64,000 nucleotides of DNA. Origin: a virus. Lineage: Duplodnaviria > Caudoviricetes. Positions within the stretch are counted from its first letter, which is position 1, and every line of letters starts with the position of its first letter. The notes below the pieces were generated by a model. That model did not search any database. It saw nothing but the letters and a program-made list of their open reading frames with translations, and had not been told where the DNA came from. The stretch lies in IMG/VR virus record IMGVR_UViG_3300012984_000010; one strand, given 5' to 3'. This document shows, piece by piece, positions 46,517-56,230 of the stretch. The position numbers were made by a program, and so were the translations under genes.

Positions 46517-47429
46517 ATTTGACGCCTAGTTCGTTCCAGATTTTTTGCATCTGACTAATGTCCATCTTGGCCGCCACGCTGAGGTTGGCCTTGAGCCAGT
46601 TGTAGAACAGCGGTGCAGTCTTCTTGTCCCTGGAGTGGTAGGCCGTGTCTTGCTTGAACTTGTTCACCTGACCGTCCTCATTCTTGCGTCCCTCAAATTC
46701 CACCGTACTGATTACAGTGAAGTCGGTCAGCTCCGCTTCGATCCGGAGGGTTGGGCTGGTGATTGAGATCTTGGTGGGGGCGCCAGCGGGAGTCACATCG
46801 ATCCCTCTCAGCTCGTTCTGGTTGATCTCGATCTCACCTGGGAAGTCGACCAGCAGATCCTTGAACAAGGACAGCATTTTATCATAGGTCTTGTAGTCCA
46901 TGAGCACTTTGCTCATGTTTTCCAACCACTCTTCCTTATTGCCTGGGTAGCGATGTGTGGGCGAAACACTCATCACACGGACCTTCTTCCCCCGCTTACC
47001 GGCGTTAGTGAGGTCCCAGATCTTGAAGAAATCGGCGAACCGGTGAACACGGGCTGAACCTATTTCGAAGGTCTTCCCAAGCGGAATGTTGGCCTTCTTG
47101 GTGTAACGGGCCACCACTCGTTTCGACATATTCGCTGCCATCTTGTTACCTTCCTGTAAAGCCTTCATCGCATTTTCCTTAACGTCAGCTCGCCAAATCT
47201 TGAACAGTCCCATCACCTTGTTCTGCTTGCGTCCTTTGGGGATAGGCTCGATTTCGATTGTCGGGTTGCCCCAGTGATCTTGAGAGAACGAGACGACTTT
47301 TCCACGGTGGTTCTTGTACTTACCATACAATATTACGTCACCAATACTGAAATAACTGGCGTAGAACCGACGGGCTACTTTGAGAACAAGACTCACGGCT
47401 TGAAGCCCATCCCCAACGTTGGGACCCAC
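46503..47429 (-). CDS. Hypothetical protein with KOW/SH3-like N-terminus
   Basis: FSIGDVILYGKYKNHRGKVV; two V-x-x-R-F/Y motifs. Confidence 0.65.
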   Translation of the reverse strand: MGPNVGDGLQAVSLVLKVARRFYASYFSIGDVILYGKYKNHRGKVVSFSQDHWGNPTIEIEPIPKGRKQNKVMGLFKIWRADVKENAMKALQEGNKMAANMSKRVVARYTKKANIPLGKTFEIGSARVHRFADFFKIWDLTNAGKRGKKVRVMSVSPTHRYPGNKEEWLENMSKVLMDYKTYDKMLSLFKDLLVDFPGEIEINQNELRGIDVTPAGAPTKISITSPTLRIEAELTDFTVISTVEFEGRKNEDGQVNKFKQDTAYHSRDKKTAPLFYNWLKANLSVAAKMDISQMQKIWNELGVKYDYH

Positions 47430-48181
47430 AAATCATGAGTCATCTCCCACAAGAAAATCTCCTCATCCATCACACAGAAACCACCCTCACCCCACTCCGG
47501 TCCCCAAGAGTTCTTGACCAGAAACCCCAAGCCTTGGATGTGCCCCACCACCACCATCGCGTGCCCACCCAACAGGGTGTCGGTTGGCACCTTCCATGGT
47601 GTCAGGTCTGAGATTTTTTTGAACGCTCGGTTGATCTGGGTTCCGAATGCGATCGGGTGTTTGGACAGTAGAGCCTGCTTCATCGCCTCTATGCGGGCCT
47701 GACCCTCTTCAGTGATTCGGTAATAACTGTGAATCCGATGACCGGTGGCTGCCCGCATGGCCATCATATCGGGTAGAACATCTACCTTCGAAGTATCGTA
47801 GGGCCACCCTCCCGCCCCCATGGCCAAGTCCTCACGACATATCCCAAGGGTGGATAGAATCTGAAAACAGGTCCTCAGATGGGTCCCATCATCACGCGGA
47901 AACGTCTGTTCCAGATTTCTAGCCATACTGTAAACGAACAGTCTGGATAGTTGGACTGGTGGTAGCCCTTGAACAGCGTTCAGAATCTCTACCGAGTCGG
48001 CGGTGGCGTTTCCGGCACAAGACCCTATATCGTACTGATCCTGAACCGTACAGAATGGGCGTAGATCTGAGTCACCTACCCCAATTGTCAATCTAGGAGC
48101 TAGATCGAGGGAAAAACTGCGGTCAGGCTTTTCGCCTGGTACTTTGGGAGGATCGGGACGGTAGCCGTATTGAGGGGCCAT
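47393..48181 (-). CDS. Papain-like (C1) cysteine peptidase
   Basis: QDQYDIGSCAGNA, GGHAMVVVG, KNSWGPEWGEGG. Confidence 0.93.
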   Translation of the reverse strand: MAPQYGYRPDPPKVPGEKPDRSFSLDLAPRLTIGVGDSDLRPFCTVQDQYDIGSCAGNATADSVEILNAVQGLPPVQLSRLFVYSMARNLEQTFPRDDGTHLRTCFQILSTLGICREDLAMGAGGWPYDTSKVDVLPDMMAMRAATGHRIHSYYRITEEGQARIEAMKQALLSKHPIAFGTQINRAFKKISDLTPWKVPTDTLLGGHAMVVVGHIQGLGFLVKNSWGPEWGEGGFCVMDEEIFLWEMTHDLWVPTLGMGFKP

Positions 48182-48244
48182 GCCTATCGGATGGGAAAAA
48201 AGGAATCACCATTCTATCGATGGACCGCCGAGGGTGGGTCCCCA

Positions 48245-48580
48245 ATGAAAAGTCTAGTCCTTCTGGTCTCGTTTTGGATGCTTTCGGCTTGTGTCACCAC
48301 TCCTCCAGCGGATTCGATCCCTGAACCGAAAGTCCTACCTGACAGTGAATTGTGTGAGCCTATGTGTGCCCACCTGGCGGAGCTCAAATGCCCTCAGGCT
48401 GAGACCCTTTACAACAATGACCTGCCAGGACCGCCAGATGTCCCTAACCAGACCTGTGGGATGTTCTGCCGTGAGATGCTTAGCAATGGGGTGCCGATGA
48501 ACCCCAAGTGTGTTATGTTGGTCAAATCTTGTGAGGAAATTGAGCCAGCTCGCACCAAAGACCCTACTACTTGTGGGTGA
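48245..48580 (+). CDS. Cys-rich lipoprotein
   Basis: Lipobox LSAC after a hydrophobic signal. Confidence 0.7.
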   Translation: MKSLVLLVSFWMLSACVTTPPADSIPEPKVLPDSELCEPMCAHLAELKCPQAETLYNNDLPGPPDVPNQTCGMFCREMLSNGVPMNPKCVMLVKSCEEIEPARTKDPTTCG

Positions 48581-48603
48581 ATAGTTCGGTGTAAAGTTGG
48601 TTC

Positions 48604-49428
48604 ATGGATATTGAACTAACGGCTAGGGTTGGAGGCATCTTTGCCTTGTTGGTATTGGTGCACTTTATCGCCGACTGGGTGTTCCAGTCACACGCTGAGG
48701 CGATGGCCAAACCTAGGGATTGGAAAGTTCGAGCCAAACACTGTTTGATCTATACGGTGCTCTGCTGTGCGATCATCTATCCTTTCAGGGGAGATTGGCT
48801 GATCTTAGCCGTATCAGCCGTACTGTTGTTCTTCAGTCACTTCCTAGAGGACACCTACATCCCTGTTTTCATCTGGGCTCGCCTGATCAGGAAGCCTGGA
48901 CCGATGGACAACCTGGATGACTTCGTGACGTTTGCTGAGACCTCATTGGGTAAGATCTTGCTGATCGTGATCGATCAGCTGGTACATTTGGTTTTCCTTC
49001 TTCCAGTGGCAGTCATGATTGTGTGTCCCCACACCATCTACCTGTGTGGATGGATCGGACTGGTGGGTATTTACGGACTTTGGTCATTGGTTGATGTGGG
49101 GGCACCTTTCCTCAAACCTACCTGGAAGCTTTGGGTAGACGACCAGTTGGATGAAGGGCTACCGGCTCGTCAAACCCCTTCTGGATATCTGGGCGCCAAA
49201 TCTTCTTTGGACGCTGTCAACTTGGTGCGGGCGAAGGGCTTACCGAAATACATGGACTTGGATTTCGACCTAGGAGGAGACGACACAGTGATGATCTTTC
49301 TCAAATGGTTGGAGTCAAATCACCCAGACGGACCTGTCCCTGAATACCGGATTCATTCTGAGAACGTAGAAGGCAGGAAGACTATCGAATCTTTCCTCAA
49401 TAGCTGGAAACGGAGTCTAACCCTCTAA
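48604..49428 (+). CDS. DUF3307 membrane domain fused to a cyclic-phosphate-processing receiver-like domain
   Basis: HFIADWVFQ, H, HFLED, DQLVH; C-terminus LWVDD...LDFDLG...IHSENVEGRKTI; family names from memory. Confidence 0.7.
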   Translation: MDIELTARVGGIFALLVLVHFIADWVFQSHAEAMAKPRDWKVRAKHCLIYTVLCCAIIYPFRGDWLILAVSAVLLFFSHFLEDTYIPVFIWARLIRKPGPMDNLDDFVTFAETSLGKILLIVIDQLVHLVFLLPVAVMIVCPHTIYLCGWIGLVGIYGLWSLVDVGAPFLKPTWKLWVDDQLDEGLPARQTPSGYLGAKSSLDAVNLVRAKGLPKYMDLDFDLGGDDTVMIFLKWLESNHPDGPVPEYRIHSENVEGRKTIESFLNSWKRSLTL

Positions 49429-49685
49429 TGCTGGTCATTCAGATCCAGATGTGGCCTAAGGGCGACAAGTCGAAAGCCTATTCGCTTGGGACGTTGACGG
49501 TGGCGTTGAGCAAGGTGTTGACCAAGAACTTCTCCAACCGAGGTTACGATTGGGCGATCACCAAGAAAGGGGATCGCCAGACCTGGAAAACTGGCGAGAT
49601 TACTGGACACAATCCTCGAACCAGGGCACAGTGGGACCTCGTTTACCGAATTCTCAAGCAAGCGGTTGGAGATAGAAACCTGTGA
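49428..49685 (+). CDS. Hypothetical protein
   Basis: 85-aa ORF, translationally coupled. Confidence 0.55.
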   Translation: MLVIQIQMWPKGDKSKAYSLGTLTVALSKVLTKNFSNRGYDWAITKKGDRQTWKTGEITGHNPRTRAQWDLVYRILKQAVGDRNL

Positions 49686-50458
49686 CACGGACGATATTCA
49701 TTGGAGATGTACATGGTTGTCTGACAGAATTCTTGGAACTCATATGGCTCCTTGATCTGCAACCGGAAGACCAGGTGGTGTGCCTGGGGGATATGATGGA
49801 TAAGGGACCGTGTCCAGCGCCTTGCCTGTCGTTCGTCTACGCAGCGGCTTTCCACAACCCTAACTTCCGATCCATCAAGGGCAACCATGAGGAGCGTCAT
49901 GTCAGATGGCGTCGACATTGGGAGCGTGCTCAGACAGATTCCAAGTATGTTATACCGATGACTCGACCTATGACACCTCAAGATCAGGCAGCCAACTTGG
50001 AACTGGATCTTGGAGTCATCAATTGGGCGGCCAACCTACCTATCACATTGGAGCCAGTCAGCGGATGGTTGGCGGTTCATGGGGGATTACGACCCAACCT
50101 ACCATTGAGAAATCAACCAGAGGATGAGATCATTCGGCTTCGGTTGGTTGACAAGATTACAGGCAAGCACATTCCTACCGACTACGAGAAAGGTACGCCT
50201 CCACCAGAAGGTGCGGTCCATTGGACTGAACTCTATGATGGTTCATACAATGTAGTGTATGGCCACGAAGCCCATAGTCTATCCAAGCCTCGTGTGGATC
50301 ATCGCCCCCAGGGAGTTACCTGTTATGGGATCGATACGGGAGTGGTGCACGGCGGACATCTGACCGCTTTGGTGCTGGAGGGGTCAGATGTGAATTTCGT
50401 TCAGGTCAAGGCCAAAGCCGTGTACATGGAACCGCCACATGGACCGATCCCCGACTGA
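49682..50458 (+). CDS. Metallophosphoesterase (ApaH/PrpE/lambda-phosphatase-like)
   Basis: GDVHG, GDMMDKGP, GNHE, HGG, YGHE, IDTGVVHGGHLTA. Confidence 0.92.
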   Translation: MTRTIFIGDVHGCLTEFLELIWLLDLQPEDQVVCLGDMMDKGPCPAPCLSFVYAAAFHNPNFRSIKGNHEERHVRWRRHWERAQTDSKYVIPMTRPMTPQDQAANLELDLGVINWAANLPITLEPVSGWLAVHGGLRPNLPLRNQPEDEIIRLRLVDKITGKHIPTDYEKGTPPPEGAVHWTELYDGSYNVVYGHEAHSLSKPRVDHRPQGVTCYGIDTGVVHGGHLTALVLEGSDVNFVQVKAKAVYMEPPHGPIPD

Positions 50459-50460
50459 TG

Positions 50461-51027
50461 TTAGTCCTGATCCAGCTGATTAGTCGGGTCGAAATCTTTC
50501 AGCAATTTATTCTTCCGTAGCTTGAGCAGACAGTTTCTGAATTGAGGGTTATCCAGAGCCACCATACGGTATTTCTGGCTGACCCTCTTTTGCTGCACCC
50601 TGTTGATACATTCGGCACCACTCCAACCGTAGAGGAAATGCAGTGCTAGTGCCGAGACCAATCCAGAACGGTTGATGCCAGCAGCACACGTTACTAGTAC
50701 TTTCTGCCCTTGGTTGACTGCTTCCGCCACTTGTCGCCCCGCATCTACGGCTATTTGCAGCAAGTCTCGTGGGATCTTTTGAGTGTAATCGTCGCTGTTG
50801 GGGGCGTACAGGATCCGGACTCCAGGGTACTCCTCGGCCGGATCTTGCAATTCTTCTGCACAGAACACCAGCATATTGAAGCCAGCCTTCGCTACACTAG
50901 CTTGGACCTTTGGATAAGGACCTTGCCAGAGGTTGGGGACTATTTCGTCTGCCCCCAACCTCTGTAACTCAAGCTCGAAAGCTTTGATCTCAGTCTCCGC
51001 TACCTCTATCAATTTCTTGACGCTCAT
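50461..51027 (-). CDS. Dual-specificity/tyrosine phosphatase-like protein
   Basis: CX5R loop TCAAGINRSG. Confidence 0.88.
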   Translation of the reverse strand: MSVKKLIEVAETEIKAFELELQRLGADEIVPNLWQGPYPKVQASVAKAGFNMLVFCAEELQDPAEEYPGVRILYAPNSDDYTQKIPRDLLQIAVDAGRQVAEAVNQGQKVLVTCAAGINRSGLVSALALHFLYGWSGAECINRVQQKRVSQKYRMVALDNPQFRNCLLKLRKNKLLKDFDPTNQLDQD

Positions 51028-53005
51028 CTTTGATGTTCTCTTCCCTCAACGACTCAAGTTCAGCCTTGAAGCCACCTGAGAGGATGGGGAACCTACACCA
51101 GGAACGTGGGTCTAGATTCTTGCGGTCGACGTTGAATGCAGGAGCGTACCGCTCCCTCTTCCACTGATTCCGATACCAGAGTGTGAAGAACTTCTCGATG
51201 TGTCGAGCGATAGTCGGCTTGCTACCTTGGCTCTTCAGCGTTCTGTAGACTTCCAGCGGGCTCTTCTTTTCCAGAATCGCCAGGTCCTCAATCTGCTCCA
51301 GGACATCGTACGGCATCAAGTCCGTCTCGTCCGTTTGATTGCTTCCTGGGCGCAGTTCGGCGGTCGGCTGTTGGTTGACCACATGCTTCAAGCAGGGGTA
51401 GTCAAAGAAGGATTGGGTTCTCAACCACTTGAGGAGGAAAGCCTTTCCGATCCCTCCAATGGGGGCGATGCTACCAGAAGTGTCTCCATCCATGGTGCAA
51501 TAGCCAACCGCCGCCTCGGAACGATTGCTGGTTGTGATCAACAACTTCTGCTCGATGTTGGCCACCATCCAAATGCTAGGGGAACGCACTCGGGCCTGGA
51601 TGTTCTGAAGCGCCAAGTCGTCAGTCTCCCAGGACAGGTCTCTTCCCAACGCATGGGCGATCTTTTGCGTGTATTGGTCCACCAGCCCGTCTACGTCGAT
51701 GGCGAGGAACTTGGCCTCAATCCCCTCAGCCACCTTCCTGGCAGCCGTATAGGTCACCTCAGAGCTGTTCTTGGTGCTCTGATACATGCAGGTCAGGATC
51801 TGATTGAATTCGGTATCTGGAGGCAACCTTAAGTGCTTGAGTAATCCTTCTTGGCCGAAAGTATCACACCCTGTATTCCACATCATCTTCACCAAAACCG
51901 CACAAGCAGCGGAATCGGCGCCACCACTGAGAGAGATGACGAACCCTTTGGAATAGGCCTTCCGCATGTAGTCACATAGGGCCAGCGGAATCGCTAATGA
52001 GAAATCTTCAGCGTCCTCTGTGTCGGCTACTCCCAAATCACGGGTAGAAACACTTCCACTGAATTCAGGGATCTCTACAACACCGCGAACAGCCTGGATT
52101 TCGGACACATCTGGCATGAAACTAGCGGTGCTGGATTGTTTGGTCCTAGTAGCGTCGATATCAACCACGGCCGTCGTCAGAGTGACAGGCTTGAAGGAGA
52201 ACCGTTCCCCTCTGGCCACCATACTGCCGTTCGTAGCAATCAGGTTGCCCCCATCGTAGATGGCTCGGCCCGCCTCGTTACCTAGGAGATTGGCGTACAC
52301 GTACGTAACTCCAAAGGCCCTGGAACCCTCCAAGATGAAGCGTTGCCGTACCTGATATTTTCCGAAAGCAAAATGGCTGGCCGACGGGTTGAGGATCAGG
52401 TCCACCCCATGTTGAGAGAGTTTGACCCCAGGACGATTGGCCACCCAAGCATCTTCACAGATCTCGAAGCCAACACGGAAGGCCCTTCTATTTGTATCTT
52501 GTAGGTCAAAGTCGAACAGCAGGTCTCCGATTGGAATAGGGTGTTCAGCATCATCCTGAGATGAGTCGATTCTGCAGAAACCTGAAAGTACCTTCACGCC
52601 CGCCGGCCAGGGTTTGAACCAACGAGGTTCGTAGTGCAGACCGTCGCCCGCCAGATGTTGCTTGGCCACGAACCCCAGCACTTCTCCTGAATCAATCATG
52701 GCTGAGACGTTGTATAGGGCGTTCTGAAACAGGAAAGGGAGACCCACACAGACCTTCATCGAGATGTTGTGTGAATCCATGTATTCGGCAATCTCACGTA
52801 ATGTTTCCAGGGCCCTCTCTTGTACATCGTGTGAATGGAAGTGATCTTCACAACCATATCCAGTGATGCAGAGTTCCGGCAAACAGAGAATGTTGACGCC
52901 GGCCTCCTTTGCGGCATCGATGGCAGAGATGATGTTCTGGTAGTTACCTTCCCAATCGAGAGGGGTTTGATTTAGCGAAGCGGCGCCGACTTTGATGAGT
53001 TGCAT
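50990..53005 (-). CDS. nadE: Glutamine-dependent NAD+ synthetase
   Basis: Nitrilase domain LPELCITGY and EICED; synthetase SLSGGADS, NIQARVR, TSNRSE, PTAEL. Confidence 0.96.
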   Translation of the reverse strand: MQLIKVGAASLNQTPLDWEGNYQNIISAIDAAKEAGVNILCLPELCITGYGCEDHFHSHDVQERALETLREIAEYMDSHNISMKVCVGLPFLFQNALYNVSAMIDSGEVLGFVAKQHLAGDGLHYEPRWFKPWPAGVKVLSGFCRIDSSQDDAEHPIPIGDLLFDFDLQDTNRRAFRVGFEICEDAWVANRPGVKLSQHGVDLILNPSASHFAFGKYQVRQRFILEGSRAFGVTYVYANLLGNEAGRAIYDGGNLIATNGSMVARGERFSFKPVTLTTAVVDIDATRTKQSSTASFMPDVSEIQAVRGVVEIPEFSGSVSTRDLGVADTEDAEDFSLAIPLALCDYMRKAYSKGFVISLSGGADSAACAVLVKMMWNTGCDTFGQEGLLKHLRLPPDTEFNQILTCMYQSTKNSSEVTYTAARKVAEGIEAKFLAIDVDGLVDQYTQKIAHALGRDLSWETDDLALQNIQARVRSPSIWMVANIEQKLLITTSNRSEAAVGYCTMDGDTSGSIAPIGGIGKAFLLKWLRTQSFFDYPCLKHVVNQQPTAELRPGSNQTDETDLMPYDVLEQIEDLAILEKKSPLEVYRTLKSQGSKPTIARHIEKFFTLWYRNQWKRERYAPAFNVDRKNLDPRSWCRFPILSGGFKAELESLREENIKDERQEIDRGSGD

Positions 53006-53008
53006 CGT

Positions 53009-54526
53009 TCAACCTTTCAAACACGCTTGAGCCAGCACTTCTTGCTTGCGTGCTCGGCATTGATTGATCAGACGTTGAGTTTCAGCAGAGAAGACTGGGG
53101 GTTCTCTTCTGATGCTACCTTGGTTCGGCGGCAGCACGTCGTCCGATTCCTTGTCGGTGAGAAGGTAGTAGGAATCGAGGGAGATCTGTTCTCCCTCTTG
53201 AGCGATGATGCTGGCCGGCATCCGATGAGCATCCACACCAGGGCGGATGCGCCAAATCACCGGCATGCCTGGAATTGATTCTTTGGCACTCTTGGGTTCA
53301 TCTCCGAACTTCATTGTTGAGAGACTACCACTCTGAGAAAGCTTCCACACCGCCGCCACATCGTCCCGTGAGAAAGTGGGCCACTCTGGCTTGGTGAAGT
53401 AGCCCCCATATCCGTACGCTTGTCGATCCATCGGCCATCGAACCTGCTTACGCAATTCTTCGAATTCGACCGTCAGTTCCTTGTTCCAACCGCTCTCAAG
53501 AGCTAGACGAGGCTCCAACCCTTTCTCCCTCGCCAACGCGACCGTGTAGGTGTAATGACTGCGGACGTTGGCTTCCGAGTCGAACCGGATCCCCGCATCA
53601 CGTCCGGGGTCTTCCGCGATCACCCGCAACGCACTGGGAACGCCAGACATGAGGGTACTGGTGGTGTCGGGCAGGTAGAAGAGAAAGCCTGGAAACCGGT
53701 CTTTCATCGCCGTATAGGCGGCGTAATCGTCGAGATTGAACCGCTGTGGGTGTTCGTGACCCATCGTTCCGACTGGGATCATGTTGAGTTTTTGAGCCAA
53801 CTCAACGTTAGAGGTACGCAGCACACCCGCGTCCTTGATGGCCTTGAGCACAATCTCATGTTGCTCTGAACACGAGACTCCTCGCATTCCGACCTCGAAC
53901 AAGCGATCAGGGTTTTCCACGATACCTACCAGTTCTTTGGCACGTCGGTAAACCCACTCGTAATAAGCCTGCTCACGAACCTCGATATTGAATTGAGGTA
54001 GGAGTTTGATCTTGGATCCTAGGTCGATTGCTAGAGAATCCAGCGTTTCCAGGATGATGTCCTTTTCTCGCTGACAGGTGGCGAATCGAATACGCTCAGC
54101 CAGCTCGGCAGTCTTCCCCGCCTTGTAGAGTGTCGCGAGCTGGATTCGAAAGTTTAGCTGGAGAGCGGTAGGTTCCAACCAGCTTGAAACCGCACTAGGG
54201 CCCTTGGCGAAAAAAGCTGGCTCCCGATTGTAGAACCAGGAACCCTTCGGGACTGAACTGATGCGTAGATTGTCCTTGAGGGAGAAAGCCTTACGAAAAC
54301 CAGCACCTACCTCATAGTTGTGTTGGCTCAAGTAATCGTAATCGGTAGGATCGTTGATCACGTCAGGTAGGAGGTCTTTCACGAACTTCTTGACATCTAC
54401 CGGCATGTAGTGCCAACCATTGACCCCGCCCTTGCGGTGTGAGTAGCCGAAAGTCTCCTCGCGAAGGGCAAAGCCCGCCTCAGCCATCGAAATCTTGTAT
54501 GCGTCTGTACGTAGCAATTTGGTCAT
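53009..54526 (-). CDS. pncB: Nicotinate phosphoribosyltransferase (PncB-like)
   Basis: LLRTDAYKISM, EVGMR, PVGTMGHE, PDTTSTLMSGVP, GIRFDS. Confidence 0.82.
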   Translation of the reverse strand: MTKLLRTDAYKISMAEAGFALREETFGYSHRKGGVNGWHYMPVDVKKFVKDLLPDVINDPTDYDYLSQHNYEVGAGFRKAFSLKDNLRISSVPKGSWFYNREPAFFAKGPSAVSSWLEPTALQLNFRIQLATLYKAGKTAELAERIRFATCQREKDIILETLDSLAIDLGSKIKLLPQFNIEVREQAYYEWVYRRAKELVGIVENPDRLFEVGMRGVSCSEQHEIVLKAIKDAGVLRTSNVELAQKLNMIPVGTMGHEHPQRFNLDDYAAYTAMKDRFPGFLFYLPDTTSTLMSGVPSALRVIAEDPGRDAGIRFDSEANVRSHYTYTVALAREKGLEPRLALESGWNKELTVEFEELRKQVRWPMDRQAYGYGGYFTKPEWPTFSRDDVAAVWKLSQSGSLSTMKFGDEPKSAKESIPGMPVIWRIRPGVDAHRMPASIIAQEGEQISLDSYYLLTDKESDDVLPPNQGSIRREPPVFSAETQRLINQCRARKQEVLAQACLKG

Positions 54527-54649
54527 GACCAACATTACACCAAATAATCTGATTTTCCGGCAGGAATCTGCTCTTAAGATCCTGATCCCTATGACCGTAG
54601 GTACATGTGACGGCACTGAAATGCCGTCCACAACAGAAAGAAGATACCG

Positions 54650-54862
54650 TTGTCACATAGAGTTGAATCAAATAGCGACTTTCGTAAGATACTAGACGCC
54701 GCCAAGGCTCAAGGTTGGGTGACCGAACACACCAAGAAAGGACATTGGAAGTTCATGGCTCCCAACGGCAAGGACATGGTTCACACTGCCGGTTCGCCCA
54801 GCGACATGCGGGCCATCCGGAACTTCACGGCCCGTTTGCGTCAACGAGGATTGCGGATATGA
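54650..54862 (+). CDS. HicA-like small RNA-binding/nuclease-fold protein
   Basis: QGW...KKGHWKF...P. Confidence 0.55.
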   Translation: MSHRVESNSDFRKILDAAKAQGWVTEHTKKGHWKFMAPNGKDMVHTAGSPSDMRAIRNFTARLRQRGLRI

Positions 54863-55233
54863 AATGGGATATCGACAAGGCTTTGAAGGCCTTGGAAGAC
54901 GGCAGCCGTATCTCAGGTACGACCGTCAGCAGAATTCAGATCTCAGGAGAAGACCACGCTCTAAAGTTCGGGATCCGTTTCACGGCGGCCGAACGGGAGA
55001 GAGGGTGCGCTTTCGTGTGGTGTTTGGCGTTAGGCATCATACAGCTACCGAAGCTGTTCTTCTACGACCGTGAGATCCACGGCGCATACATCAAGGCCAA
55101 GAAGGCTATCAAGAATCTCTCCGACGATGAACTGCTGTACTACGCCCTCCGAAAGCCCAGGCGGAGCAACAGCTTCATGGCGGCCAAAAGCCTGAAGAAA
55201 CGAAAGCCAAAGGCTCCGTCCGCTTCGGTGTAA
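54859..55233 (+). CDS. Hypothetical protein
   Basis: ORF from ATG 54859. Confidence 0.5.
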   Translation: MKWDIDKALKALEDGSRISGTTVSRIQISGEDHALKFGIRFTAAERERGCAFVWCLALGIIQLPKLFFYDREIHGAYIKAKKAIKNLSDDELLYYALRKPRRSNSFMAAKSLKKRKPKAPSASV

Positions 55234-55242
55234 TACCGGAGC

Positions 55243-56202
55243 ATGAGACCAGCAACGCTTACAGGATTGGCTGTGGGGGATTCATTAGGAATGCCCTTTG
55301 AGACACACCACTTCACTTCTGAGGCGTTGCTGGCTTGGGACGGAACCTTCCAGTCGGGCGCCACCAACACCATCCAGCCCAATCTTCGGCCAGGTCAGTG
55401 GACCGATGATACCAAGATGGCGTTGGCGTTGGCCAACAGCCTGATCAGCAGTGAGACCTATGACCCTATCGGGGCTACTCAACACTACATCGAGTGGTAC
55501 GACTCTAACGACCACCGAGGGATGGGTAAAGCTACCAAAGAAGCTTTAGAACGAATCATCCAAGGTCATCATTGGATGAACTCTGGTGTCAAATCACAGG
55601 GTAACGGAACGGCTATGAGGGTGGCCCCTTTGGGGTTGTTCTACCATCATAGCCCAGAGGCTGCTGCTGCTGCTGCTCGTATTGATGCCAGAATCACCCA
55701 CAACTCCCAGCTTTCAATTGAGGGTTCGGTCATTGTGGCGGTGGCGGTGGCGATTTTGGCCAGTGGTGCTCCTAAGGTGGTTGATTCTGCAGATGGGGAT
55801 CATGACTTGATTCGCCGAGTCTTGTATTACTCAGAAACCTGTGCTCTGTGGGATCGACTGGTAGACGTCAGGGAATGTGTTGAAGAACTCCCCGCAGATC
55901 CTACCGATAGACTCAAAGCTTCAATGAAAACCCTTTTGGAGATGGGGACTGGAGCACACGTATTGCAGACCGTGCCCGCCGCTTTTCTCTGCTTCCTGGC
56001 TACCAGTAGCTTTGCAGAAGCGGTCGATTTGGCGGTCCGAGTAGGCGGAGATACCGACACCACCGCCGCCATCACAGGAGCGTTGGCAGGGACGTTTTAC
56101 GGTACTGAACAGGTCAAACCCTATTTGGGTGTGTTGGAAGAAGCTGCTCTGTTGAGCCATTTGGAGAACAGGCTTTTTCTATCCGCTCCCAGAATCCCCT
56201 GA
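55243..56202 (+). CDS. ADP-ribosylglycohydrolase (DraG/ARH family)
   Basis: AVGDSLG, WTDDT, GNGTAMR, GGDTDTTAAITG. Confidence 0.95.
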   Translation: MRPATLTGLAVGDSLGMPFETHHFTSEALLAWDGTFQSGATNTIQPNLRPGQWTDDTKMALALANSLISSETYDPIGATQHYIEWYDSNDHRGMGKATKEALERIIQGHHWMNSGVKSQGNGTAMRVAPLGLFYHHSPEAAAAAARIDARITHNSQLSIEGSVIVAVAVAILASGAPKVVDSADGDHDLIRRVLYYSETCALWDRLVDVRECVEELPADPTDRLKASMKTLLEMGTGAHVLQTVPAAFLCFLATSSFAEAVDLAVRVGGDTDTTAAITGALAGTFYGTEQVKPYLGVLEEAALLSHLENRLFLSAPRIP

Positions 56203-56230
56203 CCACGGACCTCGGTGTATAAGCTTGGAT

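Noticed and set aside
53009-54526. NAMPT/NARP2 assignment
   Set aside because: GTMGHE and DT...SGVP motifs plus linkage to NadE fit PncB better; no Nmnat adjacent.
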